From the NCBI GenBank assembly GCA_951406725.2, contig OX597817.1, positions 12,524,001 to 12,588,000 on the forward strand: a stretch of 64,000 bases of DNA. Direction: 5' to 3'. Below the pieces are notes generated by a model that was given only the letters and a program-made list of their open reading frames with translations, searched no databases and was not told where the DNA came from. Every line of letters starts with the position of its first letter. The stretch's first letter is position 1. Source of the stretch: Octopus vulgaris. Its lineage: Eukaryota. Below, piece by piece: positions 1 to 13,509 of the stretch. A program made the translations under genes and the position numbers.

Positions 1-235
1 GTTCACCACATCTCAAATCTGTTTCGTCTCCCTCAATGAAATAGTTATGAAAACATGATTATAATAGCTAAGAGACTTACGCATGCCTGATGTACAAATT
101 TATCGAACATAAAGAAAAACACGATCAATATCCTCGTAGACATGGCTGGAGATTCGTTTCGGGATCACATCTAAACATCCATAACTCATCAACATAGTTG
201 CATAGTTAGTACTGAACTTATTGAAGCTGGTAATA

Positions 236-677
236 TTGGTTTCAACTTTTGGCACGAGACCAGCAATTTGGGGGGAGGGGGAAATCGATTACATCGACCC
301 CAGTGATATTTATTTTGTCGACCACAAAAGGATGAAAATCAATGTCGATCTCGGTGGAATTTGAACGCAGAACGTTAAGTCGGATGAAATGCTGCCAAGC
401 ATTTTGTCCGGCGTGCTAACGGTTCTGCCAGCTTGCCGTCCTAATTGAAGTTGGAAAATATTCCTTTCTACTATAGGCACGAGGCCTGAAATTTCGGGTC
501 ATAGAGTAAGTCGATTTACATCAACCCCAGTACTCAACTGGTACTTACTTTATCGACTCCGAATGGATGAAAGGCAAACTCGATCTCGGCTGAATTTGAA
601 CACAGACCATAAAGATGGACGAAATGCCGCTAAGCATTTTGCCCGGCGTGATAACGATTCCGCCAGCTAGCCGCCTT
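236..677 (-). mobile_element. Two adjacent SINE family A copies with different 3' tails
   Basis: Head ggcggcgagctggc(a)gaa..gttcaaattcc (A/B-box-like) and core gtcgactttgcctttcatcctttcggggtcgataaa...gtaccag, resembling the MetaSINE central domain. Confidence 0.8.
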
Positions 678-1399
678 GAAGTTGGTACAATTAGAAACTA
701 ATTCTGTCCTACGTTTCTGATCTTCATACTCTGCTCAGTGGTTAAATTTTAATCAATAGTAAACAGTCTTGTTACAAATATTGCACTTATTTAACATATA
801 TAAAAGTTTTCGGTTAAAATCGTCTGACAGTATCTGAACGAAATATCCGGATTATCTGCAATATCCGAGATGATTGGTCATAAAAGATTTTGAATAGTTT
901 CTTTCTACTTATCGATCGTTTTATCAGCGAGCTATATAAATGGTTACCCTGAACATGGATCAACTTTTACTAATTTTCAAAGAGCTCAGAAGCATTTTAA
1001 ATCATTGATAATCTGCAGCATTAAGCCAAATGGTCGTCACCAAATTTGTTAGCATCTGAAAGATTGATCGTTTTTCACACGAAACTTTAGATGCGTATGT
1101 CGTTCTACTTTCCTGTCTATAGTTTTGAAGACATCATCAAAAGGTACATCTGTCTTTTAAAACGTATTTCTCAACATTCATAGCAGTTGAGAGGAAATGA
1201 CTCGTCCCGGGGGTAGATTCATACTATGCGCTGTGAACATACCTCGTAGCAGCTCACTGACCACATGCTGTCACATACAATAGAACTTACCACACATGTG
1301 CGCGCGCGTCTGTATGTGGATGGATGTATCCAACAATCTATGTACCCATCTAAGAATATTTAGTCTGAATATTTAAATTTCCATTACTTAATTGTCCTT

Positions 1400-1660
1400 T
1401 GTGGAGGCGCGTGGATTAGTGGTAAAGGTGTCAGCACCATGATCGTAAGATTGTGGTTTCGATTCCTGGACCGGGCGACGCGTTGTGTTCTTGAGCAAAA
1501 CACTTCATTTCACGTTGCTCCAGTCCACTCAGCTGGCAAAAATGAGTAACGCTGCGATGGACTGGCGTCCCGTCCAGCTGGGGAACATACGCCATTGAAT
1601 CCGAGGGAATCAGGCCCATGAGCCTGGCTAGGCTTTAAAAGGGCACATTTATTTATTTTT
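1400..1660 (+). mobile_element. tRNA-derived SINE family D
   Basis: tRNA-like head gtggaggcgcgtgg..agtggt...ggtttcgattcc; TSD ttaattgtccttt. Near-identical copies at 19914-20170 and 32697-32958. Confidence 0.88.
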
Positions 1661-2537
1661 TATTAATTGTCCTTTAGATTAGTAGGGGTGAGTGATATAT
1701 GTAGTTGTTTTAATTGTGTGATAGTTTATGAACGTGAGTTCACTCTTTAGGTCAGTCAGACGATATATACTATGATTCAAGGGGAACATGCAAACAACTT
1801 CACAGGTAGGAGAACGTAGACTTATATGTATAGGTCCTTTATGTTCACTCGTTTATACTCCAACAGCATTTTGTCATTGACGCCACTAAACCGAACAATA
1901 TTATCGATAAGGTGTCGAAATTGTGATGATTTTTGGTTGATAACAATTGATGGATGAGCGTCTCCACGTCCTTTGTGTGTGTTTGTTTTTGTTTTCCACA
2001 TGTTCTTTTGTTGTCTTCCTGTGCCACATTCTACACACACACACACACTCTCTCTCTCTTTCTCTCCCTCTTTCTCTCTCTCTCTCACACACAAACATAT
2101 ATTTTTGTACAGCCCATATAACCTCATATTGACCATTATGTTGTTATTTTAATGCAATATTATTGGTATCCTATCATTTATTTACAAGTGTGTGTATTAC
2201 TCTACCAATACATAGACACATTTTTGTATGTATGTATGTATGTATGTATGTATGTATGCATGTATGTATGTATAAATGATGCATATAATCTCTTACACAC
2301 GCGCACGCACGCACACATACACACACGCACACATATATATATTTGTTAGAATGCTTTGGATGCAATACATTTTACCGGATATTTTTGACTTTGTGTCCAA
2401 ATCGACAATCCACCTCTGTAACCATGCCGCTCTATAACCGTTTTATCTAAGCAACATTGTTACAAATATGAGTAATGTACTGTGGTTTGTGCGTATATTA
2501 ATATGGGCATAATTTGAATATTTCTTTTTATTTTCAG

Positions 2538-2690
2538 CAACAAAGCTTAACCCGAGCGACGCAGATTGGGTTGGAGCCTGGTGGCTTGGTTTCGTCATTT
2601 TAGGGATCATGATCATATTCTTCTCACTTCCGTTGTTCATATACCCACGACAGAATCCTTATGAATGCACCAAATCTATCCCACTGAAGG
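2538..2690 (+). CDS. OATP/SLCO transporter, first exon visible in window (ECL3/TM6 signature)
   Basis: ttttcag acceptor and G|gtaaat donor, phase 1/1. Translates TKLNPSDADWVGAWWLGFVILGIMIIFFSLPLFIYPRQ..., matching the OATP signature D-x-RW-[IV]-GAWW-x-G-[FL] except at the R. Upstream exons lie outside the window or were not found. Confidence 0.93.
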
Positions 2691-2797
2691 GTAAATAGTC
2701 TTTACCACTATATAAACTCAACAAGTATGTATACACATATATATGTCTATTGTGCACAAGTACAATATTAGATGAATACTAAAATACACAAATACTG

Positions 2798-2952
<155 letters not shown>

Positions 2953-2957
2953 TAGTA

Positions 2958-3170
2958 AAGGCAGCGAGCTGGCAGAAACGTTAGCACGCTGAGCGAAATG
3001 TTTAGCGGTCTGTCATTACGTTCTGAGGTCAAATTCCACCGAGGTCGACTTTGCCTTTCATCCTTTCGGGGTCGATTAAATAAATACCATTCGATGTAAT
3101 CAACTTAATCCTTTTGTCTGTCCTTGTTTGTCCCCTCTATGTTTAGCCCCTTGTGGGCAATAAAGAAAAT
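2958..3170 (+). mobile_element. SINE family A monomer, tail ...cccctctatgtttagccccttgtgggcaataaagaaa
   Basis: Same head and core as other family A copies. Further monomers at about 5710-5912(-), 7942-8163(-), 25127-25356(-), 29360-29540(+), 36440-36640(+), 37256-37470(+) and 63147-63380(-). Confidence 0.85.
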
Positions 3171-3184
3171 ACATATATATATGT

Positions 3185-3476
3185 TAGTGTTTAGAGTGTT
3201 GTATTCACGATTGCGAAACCGTGGTTTCGATTCCCAGACCAGGCGTTGCATTGTGTTCTTGAACAAAACACTTCGTTTCACATTGCTCTGCGATCATTTT
3301 GTCATCTGATAATATGTGGCATGTTGTGCACCTGTATAGGTAATATCGATTTGATGGTGGTAGTGAGCTTATATGAACACAAACATTTTGATCGCTATAA
3401 ACAAAGCAAACTGTGTGGTAGCTCAGCAAGAAATTGCAGAACCGTCGTACGTAGTCGAACGACGGAAGAGTCCATG
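3185..3476 (+). mobile_element. Diverged SINE with D-like head and a third tail type
   Basis: ggtttcgattcccagacc...ttgtgttcttgaacaaaacactt matches the family D head; the downstream sequence differs. Confidence 0.6.
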
Positions 3477-4077
3477 ATGTGCGTGTGTGTGTAAGGTTTT
3501 TCTGGGTTTTAAGAAGTTATATCAGGAAAAACTGCACTCGTATGTCTGTCAGTGTGTGTGTCTCAATTAAAAGTGTAACAGTATTACATATCCATTACGG
3601 CCAATCTTACCAATCGGTTTGCCATCAGGGGCTCAATGGATTGTTAGGTAACAGTCCATTTATGTAACCCTGAACTTTTCAGAGTTAGCCCTATAGAATG
3701 AAGTATGGCGATTGCGTTCTATTGTTGGAGGTAAACAGACACGTCCGGTTTGTGGTTGCTGTAAAGAAAATGATGAACCGAATCGATCATGGGGTTATAT
3801 ACACGCACGCACGCACGCACACACACACACAAACACACACACAGAAGCAGACGCTTTAATAATGGTTTTTAACAAAAGCACAATAAAAGATGTTAGGAGT
3901 ACAATATCGATTACTTTGACACTTCATATTTTATTGGTACTTACTTTAACAAGGCCGGAAGAATGAAGGGCGAAGTCAAAACCCTACAGGATTTCAATTC
4001 AGAACATAAAGGGACTAAATACTAAATACTGCAGCGCTCTACCGATTCTGCCACCATCCTATATTTATATTAATCAT

Positions 4078-4463
4078 GTGGAGGCGCAATGGCCCAGTGG
4101 TTAGGGCAGCGGACTCGCGGTCATAGGATCGCGGTTTCGATTCCCAAACCGGGCGTTGTGAGTGTTTATTGAGCGAAAACACCTAAAAGTTCCACGACGC
4201 TCCGGCAGGGGATGGTGGTGATCCCTGCTGTACTCTTTCACCACAACTTTCTCTCACTCTTACTTCCTGTTTCTGTTGTACCTGTATTTCAAAGGGCCGG
4301 CCTTGTCACTCTCTGTGTCACGCTGAATATCCCCGAGAACTACGTTAAGGGTACACGTGTCTGTGGAGTGCTCAGCCACTTACACGTTAATTTCACGAGC
4401 AGGCTGTTCCGTTGATTCGGATCAACCGGAACCCTCGTCGTCGTAACCGACGGAGTGCTTCCA
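4078..4463 (+). mobile_element. tRNA-derived SINE family C (full length)
   Basis: Head gtggaggcgcaatggcccagtggttaggg...ggtttcgattccc; TSD atattaatcat. Copies at 18331-18622(-), 20467-20852(-) and 60832-61220(-). Confidence 0.9.
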
Positions 4464-4537
4464 TATTAATCATATCATGAATGCCATTTTATTTGAAGTC
4501 ACATACTCCTTAATTTGGAATCATCCATTAATTAAAA

Positions 4538-4605
<68 letters not shown>

Positions 4606-6175
4606 CGTAATATCCAGAACCTTTTAAAAACTGCAATGTGCTAAAGATAAATATACAACAGTATTTACTCTCTTCCATTTACATTCCGCGTTCAAATCCT
4701 ACTGGGGTTAGTTTTGCTTTTCAATCATACTAAGGTCCTTGAAATAAGAACCAGGCCAGTACTAAGCCCAATTAAATCGTCGTCAACATTCTCATCTCTT
4801 CTAAACTTCCGTGGCACACCGCCAATGTGACCAATCATTATCTTCATTGACAACATCACCAACATCGCCGCCATCTTCATTAATATCATCACTAATATCA
4901 TCATCAATTACCATCATCATCAATTATCATTATCACCTTTAGCACCAGCATCACAACCACCATCATTATCAACACCGTCGTCGTCGGCGCCGCCGCCACC
5001 GCTGCCGATATTTCCAGGAAATAGCTATTTAAAGGAATCGTTTAAACACATTTCCTGTTCTCAATCATATAAACACAGTTGATGTTTAAATTCAAACTCG
5101 CTACTCTGTAAATGAAGTAGAGTGACTTCTGGCTACCCTGTACCCAAGATTCAAATAGCCCACCCCGATCGTACTGAATAATGCCATATCGAATGTTATA
5201 TTTTTGAAATCTGAGCACTCTTACAAAGAACGAAGACCACTCGACTACAATTGATATTTTTTGACAGATAAACATGATACTGAGTTTCTACTAATGCTAA
5301 GAGGAGACTCCTGGTGCGGCATGGTGAACCACATTTCGATTGAAGCTGTTTGGAGAAGAAAAACTTCAGAAGAGTATATTAGTTTATCTGGTTCGAGGAG
5401 GGAGTGTAGGATATAACATTTCGTCACTTTTGTTCTTTGTAAGTACGTGAGGAAATGAAAATGAAAACTAAAGGTGAACGATTGTTTTGCTAAGGTGACG
5501 AATGGTTTAACAAGGTGTACGAGTGTTAGAAGAAACGAGGGGAAGAAAGAGAAAGGTCATAAAGTTGGACAGAAAGGGAGAAGGTAGAATATTTGGTACA
5601 GTACAATTGTTTGAATAACAACCAATAAAGATATAGTGACAAAGGCTAATTAAGGTAGTGAGATGTTTCATAACAATACCTCAAAAACAAACACATATAT
5701 ACAGTTATAATCCTTTCTACTATAGGCACAAGGCCTAAAATTTGCGGGGAGGGTGCTAGTCGATTACATCGATCCCCAGTGTTTCACAGGTACTTAATTT
5801 ATCGACTCCGAAAGGATGATAGGCAAAGCCAATCACAGCGGAATTTGAACTAAGAACGTAGCAACAGGCGAAATACCGCTAAGCATTTAATCCAGCGTGC
5901 TAACAGTTCTGCTTTATATACAGTTATAATGACAGGTTAAAGTATTGTGCGGTGAATAGAGAACAGGACAGCAAGTTTGATAAGCACAATATCTCAATAT
6001 TTCAGTGATTAAGAAACTCGCTTTGTAATCGTGTAGTTTCAGGTTGAGTCCCACTGCGCAACACTTTGGGGAACTGTCTTTTACTATAGATCCGAATCGA
6101 ATAATGCCGTGAGTGAATTTAATAGACAAAAACTGTGTAGGTTTACGGTTTTTTTTTCACTTCAAAATATTAAAG

Positions 6176-6274
<99 letters not shown>

Positions 6275-6309
6275 AATGGGGAACAGATTGAGAGAGAAAG
6301 AGATGAAAG

Positions 6310-6713
6310 GGATATTTTCGGTTTGAACGGCAGTTTTTTCTAGCGGTGTCATATGAAATTGCCACCCATAATTATGACCCTTCAATCTGTTTTAGGGTTA
6401 GGGTTACGGTTAGGGGTGGAGGGAAGGGTATCTTTTTTTTCTTCACAAATGTAAATAAACGCAAACTGTTTCTTAAACGAGGGACATATTCATACGGCAC
6501 AGAATGTTTTTTACCTCAATAGACGTCAGTGATTAGTTGAAATTTCAGAAATTGAAGAAAAAAACAACAAATATCTTACAAACTATAGAATTTTCTCAAT
6601 AAAGCCAAGAGAAAAAGATGTTTTATAAACACATTTTACCAGTACACGAAGTTTAAAATTTTTTAGTTACCTAGAAATTATATTAAAAACTGTCGTTCAA
6701 ACCGAAAAGATTC
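6310..6713. mobile_element. MITE with ~28-bp TIRs and 8-bp TSD (Merlin-like)
   Basis: TIR ggat(a/c)ttttcggtttgaacggcagtttt / aaaactg(t/c)cgttcaaaccgaaaagat(t/c)c; TSD gatgaaag on both sides. Confidence 0.88.
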
Positions 6714-6864
6714 GATGAAAGTGATAAACGAATGCTCGTTAATGGCGTTAATGTCCATGTGCATCAATATTAATTATTTGAACAATTTAAATTATGAAAT
6801 CTGTCAAATTTATTAATGAGTGTTTTTTTTTTCTTTTATTTATTTCCATGCTCTTCGCTTTAAG

Positions 6865-7029
6865 AAAAGTTCAATTCCATTTTTACCCAGTTTCGAAACC
6901 CTGTGCTGATGGGTCTAACTTTGAATACTTGCATAATGGCATTGAACGTATGTGGTTCCGTTGCTTTCATCCCAAAGTATATAGAGACTCAATATAACTG
7001 GCCCACTTGGAAAACCAATTTATGTTTAG
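6865..7029 (+). CDS. OATP/SLCO exon (TM7, PKYIE motif)
   Basis: Translates EKFNSIFTQFRNPVLMGLTLNTCIMALNVCGSVAFIPKYIETQYNWPTWKTNLCLG. G|gtaagt donor; the phase-1 acceptor ctttaag is weak, so the start is less certain. Confidence 0.88.
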
Positions 7030-7327
7030 GTAAGTTCTCCCTCGTGACAAACTTACTACCTTTCTTGTCTATAAATGATATAGAAATGATATAGAAAATA
7101 AATGATATAGAAATGATATAGAAAATTACTCGACGTATTAAAATATTTATCCTAATCCCTATGTACTTTGAATCCAAAACCTGCTTGGAACTATTCTATC
7201 TTTCATCTTTACCGATTGATGAGAATGAATTATTGCTAATAACATAACAAAGATCAATTCAATGAAACATACTTCTTCATTTGTAAAAAAAAATTTTAAA
7301 AGCTTATTTAAGAACCAATATTTATTA

Positions 7328-7831
7328 CCGTAAATCTTCGAGTATAATACGCAGGGGATTTTTAGGGGGCTGTACCTCTGAAAAACCTAAACCTTGTGTA
7401 TCATACGCACCATTTCTCTAACTCGAATCGTGCGTTATTAAGCCAGCAGCACCTAGTCGAGCAAACACTTCAGCGCATGCGTAAAACAATAATGGTGATG
7501 TTCTTAACTGTTATATGGGAATGTAAATATGTTTGCAAGTTGTTTTTGTTACGTGTTATTCTGTGTTCTGAATACTTATATTTTAATAAGTGTTGCTTAC
7601 TGCAAGTTATGGATGATTCTTTTATGACTTCATTGCTTTCAGGCTTAGCTTAATCTATTTTCGCGCCCGACATCACAAAATGCTTATGAATAACATTGCC
7701 GGACAGCAAATAGAGGCTCGGACATTACTTAGAAAATATGTTTCATTTTTAACCTCGTATATAGTACGCACTAGGGATTTTGACCATTAAATTTTGGGGA
7801 AAAAATGCGGATTATACTCGAGGATTTACGG
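7328..7831. mobile_element. Tc1/mariner-type MITE (CCGTA termini)
   Basis: TA|ccgtaaatcttcgagtataatacgca ... tgcggattatactcgaggatttacgg|TA. Confidence 0.88.
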
Positions 7832-8489
7832 TAGTTAAATTCTATTTATTCACTGTAAATGTCATTTCAATTGTAACAATATGCGCGTGTGCGTGTGTGT
7901 GCGTGTGTGTGTGCGTGTGTGTGTGAGAGAGAGTATATATATTTCTTTACTGCCCACAAGGGGCTAAACACAGAGGGGACAAACAAGGACAGACAAACGG
8001 ATTAAGTCGATTACATCGACCCCAGTGCGTAACTGGTACTTATATAATCAACCCCGAAAGGATGAAAGGCAAAGTCGACCTCGGCGGAATTTGAACTCAG
8101 AACGTAACGACAGACGAAATACCGCATTTCGCCCGGCGCGCTAACGTTTCTGCCAGCTCGCCGAGAGAGAGAGTATATAGACTTATAAAGTGGAAGCAAT
8201 CCAAAATTCTACGGCTGGTCGCGTTGTATCTCGACTGTAGAACTACTGTGTCCTCAGTCTAACCGATTCTAGTTATGTAACGTGATGAGTGCAGCACATC
8301 GCTTGAATCGGCATTGCATAATTAGCAACTGTTTCATTAGACTACTGTGGTGATTGATTGTATGTGTAATTGCTTTGAACGTAAGTAATACAGCAACCTT
8401 CATTCAGAATTTAGCTGAAACTCATTATAAATAGACTACTCGAACGGCGTATTAGCTCCAATAAGCTCATTTTCCCTAGGTATATGACA

Positions 8490-8885
8490 TCTTTATATAT
8501 AAAAGTGAAGTTGTGTGAGAGTCTGTCTCCTCCGATTTAGATTCCTAACTACTCCCACATTTTGCGGTGCAGTTTAACCAAAACCAGGTATCTTATAGTC
8601 GTAATTCATATCGAGCCCTTCTGGGTATTAGCGCGCGTCTACGATGAGTCTACGATTTAAAAAAAAAATTTACCATCATTTTTTTCCATTTTAATGCATT
8701 TTTTCGCTATTATATAAGGGAAGTAACTCTCTAAAAATGTCTACGATGAGTCAACCGATTTAAAAATAATTTTACATCATTTTTTTCATTTTAATTTTTT
8801 TGCTATTTTTTGGCTATAACTCTCTAAAAATGCTTATATAGTTATTTCCCTTACAAACCCGAGCAACGCCGGGCGATACTGCTAG
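8490..8885 (+). mobile_element. Non-autonomous Helitron
   Basis: A|TC 5' end, 3' hairpin cccgagcaacgccggg, CTAG|T end, no TSD. Near-identical copy at 35370-35768. Confidence 0.88.
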
Positions 8886-9636
8886 TATTTTATAAGAATA
8901 CTTGGTGATCTAGCAAATTATACATTTGGCGATGCAGAGATGGGCTTAATGAAGTTAATGTTATGGCATGAGCTGTTGCTTGTCAGCCATCAAATGTGGC
9001 CCGTAATCACAAAGTCTCGATCCAAAGACTTTGAAGAGAGAACGTCTATGTGTGTTTCCATTATTTTATTTTTCAAGAGATGAGAAACACCATAGAGTAA
9101 GAAGTTAATCTCCGGAAGAATGGAATATGAACCAGGATGCGATTCCTGGTTGAATCGATTTCAACTTAAGTGATTAAAACGCATTGGGAAATGCATGAAA
9201 GCTACTATTTTCGTTCTCTCATCAAAAATAAAATTGATTACCAATTGAGAATATCTTCAATGAAAAAGGCCAAAGCGACTACGTTTACATTCCGACGATC
9301 TGGGGCTCTGTCAGCCTCGGTAACAGCACTTCAAAGGTTAGTTTTCGGATTAGCAATGAAAATACGAAAGTAATAACTTTTAGTGAGGTGCATCAGCAAC
9401 AAATCTGCCTGGAGAGACATTTTTTCTGAACATCTCTGATTTGTTCACTGTCGTTACGGATGGTAACTCAGAAAGTGATGTCGAGTGAGACACAGCAGTG
9501 ATGTACCTGTTTTCCAATGCCAGAAGCCGGTATGATCCAATTTCAACATCAAGGCATCAAAGATGCACTGCTTCTATACATCTATCATGCTGGTTGTGAC
9601 TTATGGCCTGCAAGATATGGGAAAAAAAAAACAATT

Positions 9637-10054
9637 GGCGCAGGAGTGGCTGTGTGGTAAGTAGCTTGCTAACCAGCCACATGGTTCCGGGTTCAGTCCC
9701 ACTGCGTGGCATCTTGGGCAAGTGTCTTCTGCTATAGCCCCGGGCCGACCAATGCCTTGTGAGTGGATTTGGTAGACGGAAACTGAAAGAAGCCTGTCGT
9801 ATATATGTATATAGATATATATATATGTATGTGTGTGTGTGTTTGTGTGTCTGTGTTTGTCCCCCTAGCATTGCTTGACAACCGATGCTGGTGTGTTTAC
9901 GTCCCCGTCACTTAGCGGTTCGGCAAAAAGAGACCGATAGAATAAGTAGTGGGCTTACAAAGAATAAGTCCCGGGGTCGATTTGCTCGACTAAAGGCGGT
10001 GCTCCAGCATGGCCGCAGTCAAATGACTGAAACAAGTAAAAGATTAAAAGAGTA
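9637..10054 (+). mobile_element. tRNA-derived SINE family B (CORE-like, internal (TA)n/(TG)n)
   Basis: Head ggcgcaggagtggctgtgtggtaag...gggttcagtccc, CORE-like cttgggcaagt, tail (gtaaaaga)n. Copies at about 11318-11766(+), 13571-13949(+), 15129-15471(-), 23455-23852(-), 24121-24883(+), 37615-38070(+), 44050-44457(-), 54905-55283(-), 55685-56137(-) and 59393-59797(-). Confidence 0.9.
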
Positions 10055-10742
10055 AATTTTTTTAATAATTACTTTTTAAAATACTAATTATCATTAATCA
10101 ATCATATAAAGACGGTAGATAATTAGGCTTCTTGCATTATTTCAATTGTTTGATTAGTTCACTTAGTTCCTATTCACTCTCTTTCACTTTGTAGTTGACC
10201 ATTTTATGTGCTTGAATCGAAAGATCATCTAAGAATGGCTGCTGTGAAGAGAAGGAGACAAATCACTGTCATTTCTTTTAAGAGCCTTTCACGGAACGTC
10301 AGATCTGCCCTCCTCTCAAAACACGAAGTTATTTTATGATTTAAAATATATTCATTTCTCCGAATTGCAATAAACAGTTAGAAAATGCATATATCAAAGT
10401 ATTTGAATTGGTTAATGACAAGTTGGATTTGTCAAAGGATTAAGATTTGTTTTGATTTAATCATTTCATTTATTTATGTGTATTTCAATAAGCAAAACCG
10501 GATTAATTTAGTTACGATTTGTTCCTGCAAAACTTGTAAGCTAAACATACTTATCTCCCCTGCATCAAGCAACTTATTTTTTACTCTCTCCTCTCTACTT
10601 CGAAGAGGTGTCAATAGAAATCGGCCTAAACAGAGCGGCGCTATGATCGTTTCTATCGCAGCTCAGGCCTAAAAAGGGATTTGAACTCAATACGAAAATA
10701 ATAACGAAACACTCGTTAGATATATATTGTTTTCGGCGATTG

Positions 10743-11174
10743 GGATCTTTTCGGTTTGAACGGCAGTTTTTTCTAGCGGTGTCATATAAAATTGTCACCC
10801 ATGATTATGACCCTAGTATCGATCTATTGCATTTCAATCTGTTTTAGGGTTAGGGTTAGTTAGGGTTAAGGCTAGGGGTGGGAGGAAGGGCATCTTTTTT
10901 TCTTCACAAATGTAAATAAACCCAATCTGTTTCTTAAACGAGGGACATATTCATACGGCACAGAATGTTTTTTACCTCAATACACGTCAGTGATTGGTTG
11001 AAATTGCAGAAATTGAAGAAAACAACAACAAATATCTTACAAACTATAGAATTTTCTCAATAAAGCCAAGAGAAAAAGATGTTTTATAAACACGTTCTAC
11101 CAGTATACGAAGTTTAAAATTTTTTAGTTGCCTAGAAATTATGTTAAAAACTGCCGTTCAAACCGAAAAGATCC
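10743..11174. mobile_element. Second Merlin-like MITE copy
   Basis: Perfect TIR ggatcttttcggtttgaacggcagtttt; TSD ggcgattg on both sides; highly similar to 6310-6713. Confidence 0.92.
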
Positions 11175-11482
11175 GGCGATTGTTCTAGAGCAATATGAAA
11201 ATTCACGTTCTCATAGCACTACTGAGCACGAGGGAATTTTATGTGAGCGCAGCTTTTTCTCATCTAAGGACTCGCAATTGACATGTCTCCATAGTGGCGG
11301 TTAGAATATTCTACACAGGCGCAGGAGTGGCTGTGTGGTAAGTAGCTTGTATACCAACCACGTGGTTCCGGGTTCAGTCCCACTGCGTGGCACCTTGGGC
11401 AAGTGTTTTCTACTATAGCCTCGGGCTGACCAAAGCCTTGTGAGTGGATTTGGTAGACGGAAACTGAAAGAAGCCCGTCGTA

Positions 11483-11543
<61 letters not shown>

Positions 11544-11861
11544 GCGTGTGTGTGTTTGTGTGTCTGTGTTTGTCCCCCTAGCATTGCTTGACAACCGATG
11601 CTGGTGTGTTTATGTCCCCATTACCTAGCGGTTCGGCAAAGAAACCGATAGAATAAGTACTGGGCTTACAAAAAGAATAAGTCCCGGGGTCGAGTTGCTC
11701 GATTAAAGGCGGTGCTCCAGCATGGCCGCAGTCAAATAACTGAAACAAGTAAAAGAGTAAAAGAGTATCTATAACATGGAACTACTGCCACTTCTGCACG
11801 TCCAAGCACACGGAAGATGTTTTATAATTAGAAGCAGTCACAATTCTCTGACCGCCCCCAC

Positions 11862-11937
<76 letters not shown>

Positions 11938-12492
11938 GGTGTGCGTACGTGTGTGTGTGTTTGTACGTGGGTTATACAAACGCAAATGTAGTTATAACGT
12001 TTTTATTAATAAACATATGTTGTTCAAAATGGCACATCCAAACATGCGGAAGATTGTATATTGATTAGAAGCAGTTACAATTCTCTGACTGCCCCCAACA
12101 TGTGGGCTGCAGCCCTTGTTGAAGCGTAGCTTAATGGTGACTGAAACTTCTCTGAGTTACAGACGGTAGACCTGTCGTTGTCGTGGTCAGGGTATGACAC
12201 ATTTGCAACAATGAAAGACCGTTATTCTTCTGTGGTAGTATTAAGCATAATCAGCCTAGATTCACCAACCCTTTGTCGATGTCCTACAAGAGCAAAGTCA
12301 TTGTCCTTCCCTGATCCTTAATAGACGAAATGATAATTTTAGGCAACTTCATTTTATTTATAAACATTGTTAGCAGTTGCTAAAACAACGGAGAATTTTA
12401 CGGATGAATTAACGTGTGTGTGCATGCGTGTGTGTGTGGGGTATGTATGCGTGTGTTCATATGTGCAAGAACTATGAACTATAAGAACTATA

Positions 12493-12892
12493 AGGCGGCG
12501 AGCTGGCAGAAACGTTAGCACGCCGGGCGAAATGCTTAGCGGTATTTCGTCTGCCTTTACGTTCTGAGTTCAAACTCCGCCGAGGTCGTCTTTGCCTTTC
12601 ATCCTTTCGGGATCGATTACGCACTGGGGTCGATATAATCGACTTAATCCGTTTGTCTATCCTTGTTTGTCCTCTCTGTGTTTAGTTCCTTATGGGTAGT
12701 AAAGAAATAGGTATTTTGTCTGCCGTTGCGTTCTAAGTTCAAATTTTGCTGAGGTCGACTTTGCCTTTCATCCTTTCGGGGTTGATTAAATATGTACCAG
12801 TTACGCACTGGGGTCGATATAATCGACTTAATCCCTTTGTCTGTCGTTGTTTGTCCCCTCTATGTTTAGCCCCTTGTAGGCAATAAAGAAAT
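12493..12892 (+). mobile_element. SINE family A head-to-tail dimer
   Basis: Second unit restarts at gtattt(c/t)gtctg directly after the tail aaagaaatag. Same structure at 25793-26208(+), 26707-27083(-) and 32152-32512(+). Confidence 0.88.
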
Positions 12893-13029
12893 GCATAAAT
12901 TTTAAATGTCCTTGATTGTAGAGTTCATGTAATCATCTGAAGAAAGCACTTATTTTTTATTATGCACTCATTTATCAATTAAAAAATTCCTTAGAAACCG
13001 CCGTAATGATTTGACACCTGTCTTTCAAT

Positions 13030-13088
<59 letters not shown>

Positions 13089-13160
13089 TACACGCACGAG
13101 CGAGCGAAAATCGATACCCGGTCTCTTTGGAAATTTAATAAGAGATTTTTTCTCTTGAAG

Positions 13161-13353
13161 GAACCATTGCTATATTTATGACGACACTCGGCTCAGGTAT
13201 ATGTAGTTCAATAACAACTTACGGGGAAATGGACACAAGGTGCTGTATGAGAATTTCTGTTGCATTGCAATTCCTGGAGATGGTAGTTGTGTGCATGTGT
13301 CTGAACCGGTACTGCGGAGAAGAAACATTTGTTACCACGTACAGAAAGAACAA
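13161..13353 (+). CDS. OATP/SLCO exon (TM8-TM9)
   Basis: ttttttctcttgaag acceptor and AA|gtgagt donor, phase 1 to 2, fitting both neighbours. Open frame GTIAIFMTTLGSGICSSITTYGEMDTRCCMRISVALQFLEMVVVCMCLNRYCGEETFVTTYRKN has two hydrophobic segments and the post-TM9 Cys. Confidence 0.85.
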
Positions 13354-13405
13354 GTGAGTCGAAATACAATTTAATACATTTTACACACGACAACATATAT
13401 ATGTA

Positions 13406-13452
<47 letters not shown>

Positions 13453-13453
13453 A

Positions 13454-13509
<56 letters not shown>

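Noticed and set aside
4078-4155. tRNA-like sequences at SINE heads (also 60011-60085)
   Set aside because: Acceptor stems are incomplete and each continues into a repeat body, so they are not called tRNA genes.
5042-5440. Minus-strand ORFs possibly from a decayed reverse transcriptase
   Set aside because: No recognisable motif could be confirmed by eye.
9557-9871. Recurring ORFs such as ...RQASFSFRLPNPLTRHWSARG..., MVVIPAVLFHH... and MRNWYL...
   Set aside because: Chance frames in multi-copy SINEs, with no codon-level conservation.
10843-10890. Interstitial telomere or chromosome-fusion site
   Set aside because: Only a few imperfect TTAGGG units, and they are an internal part of a MITE present twice.
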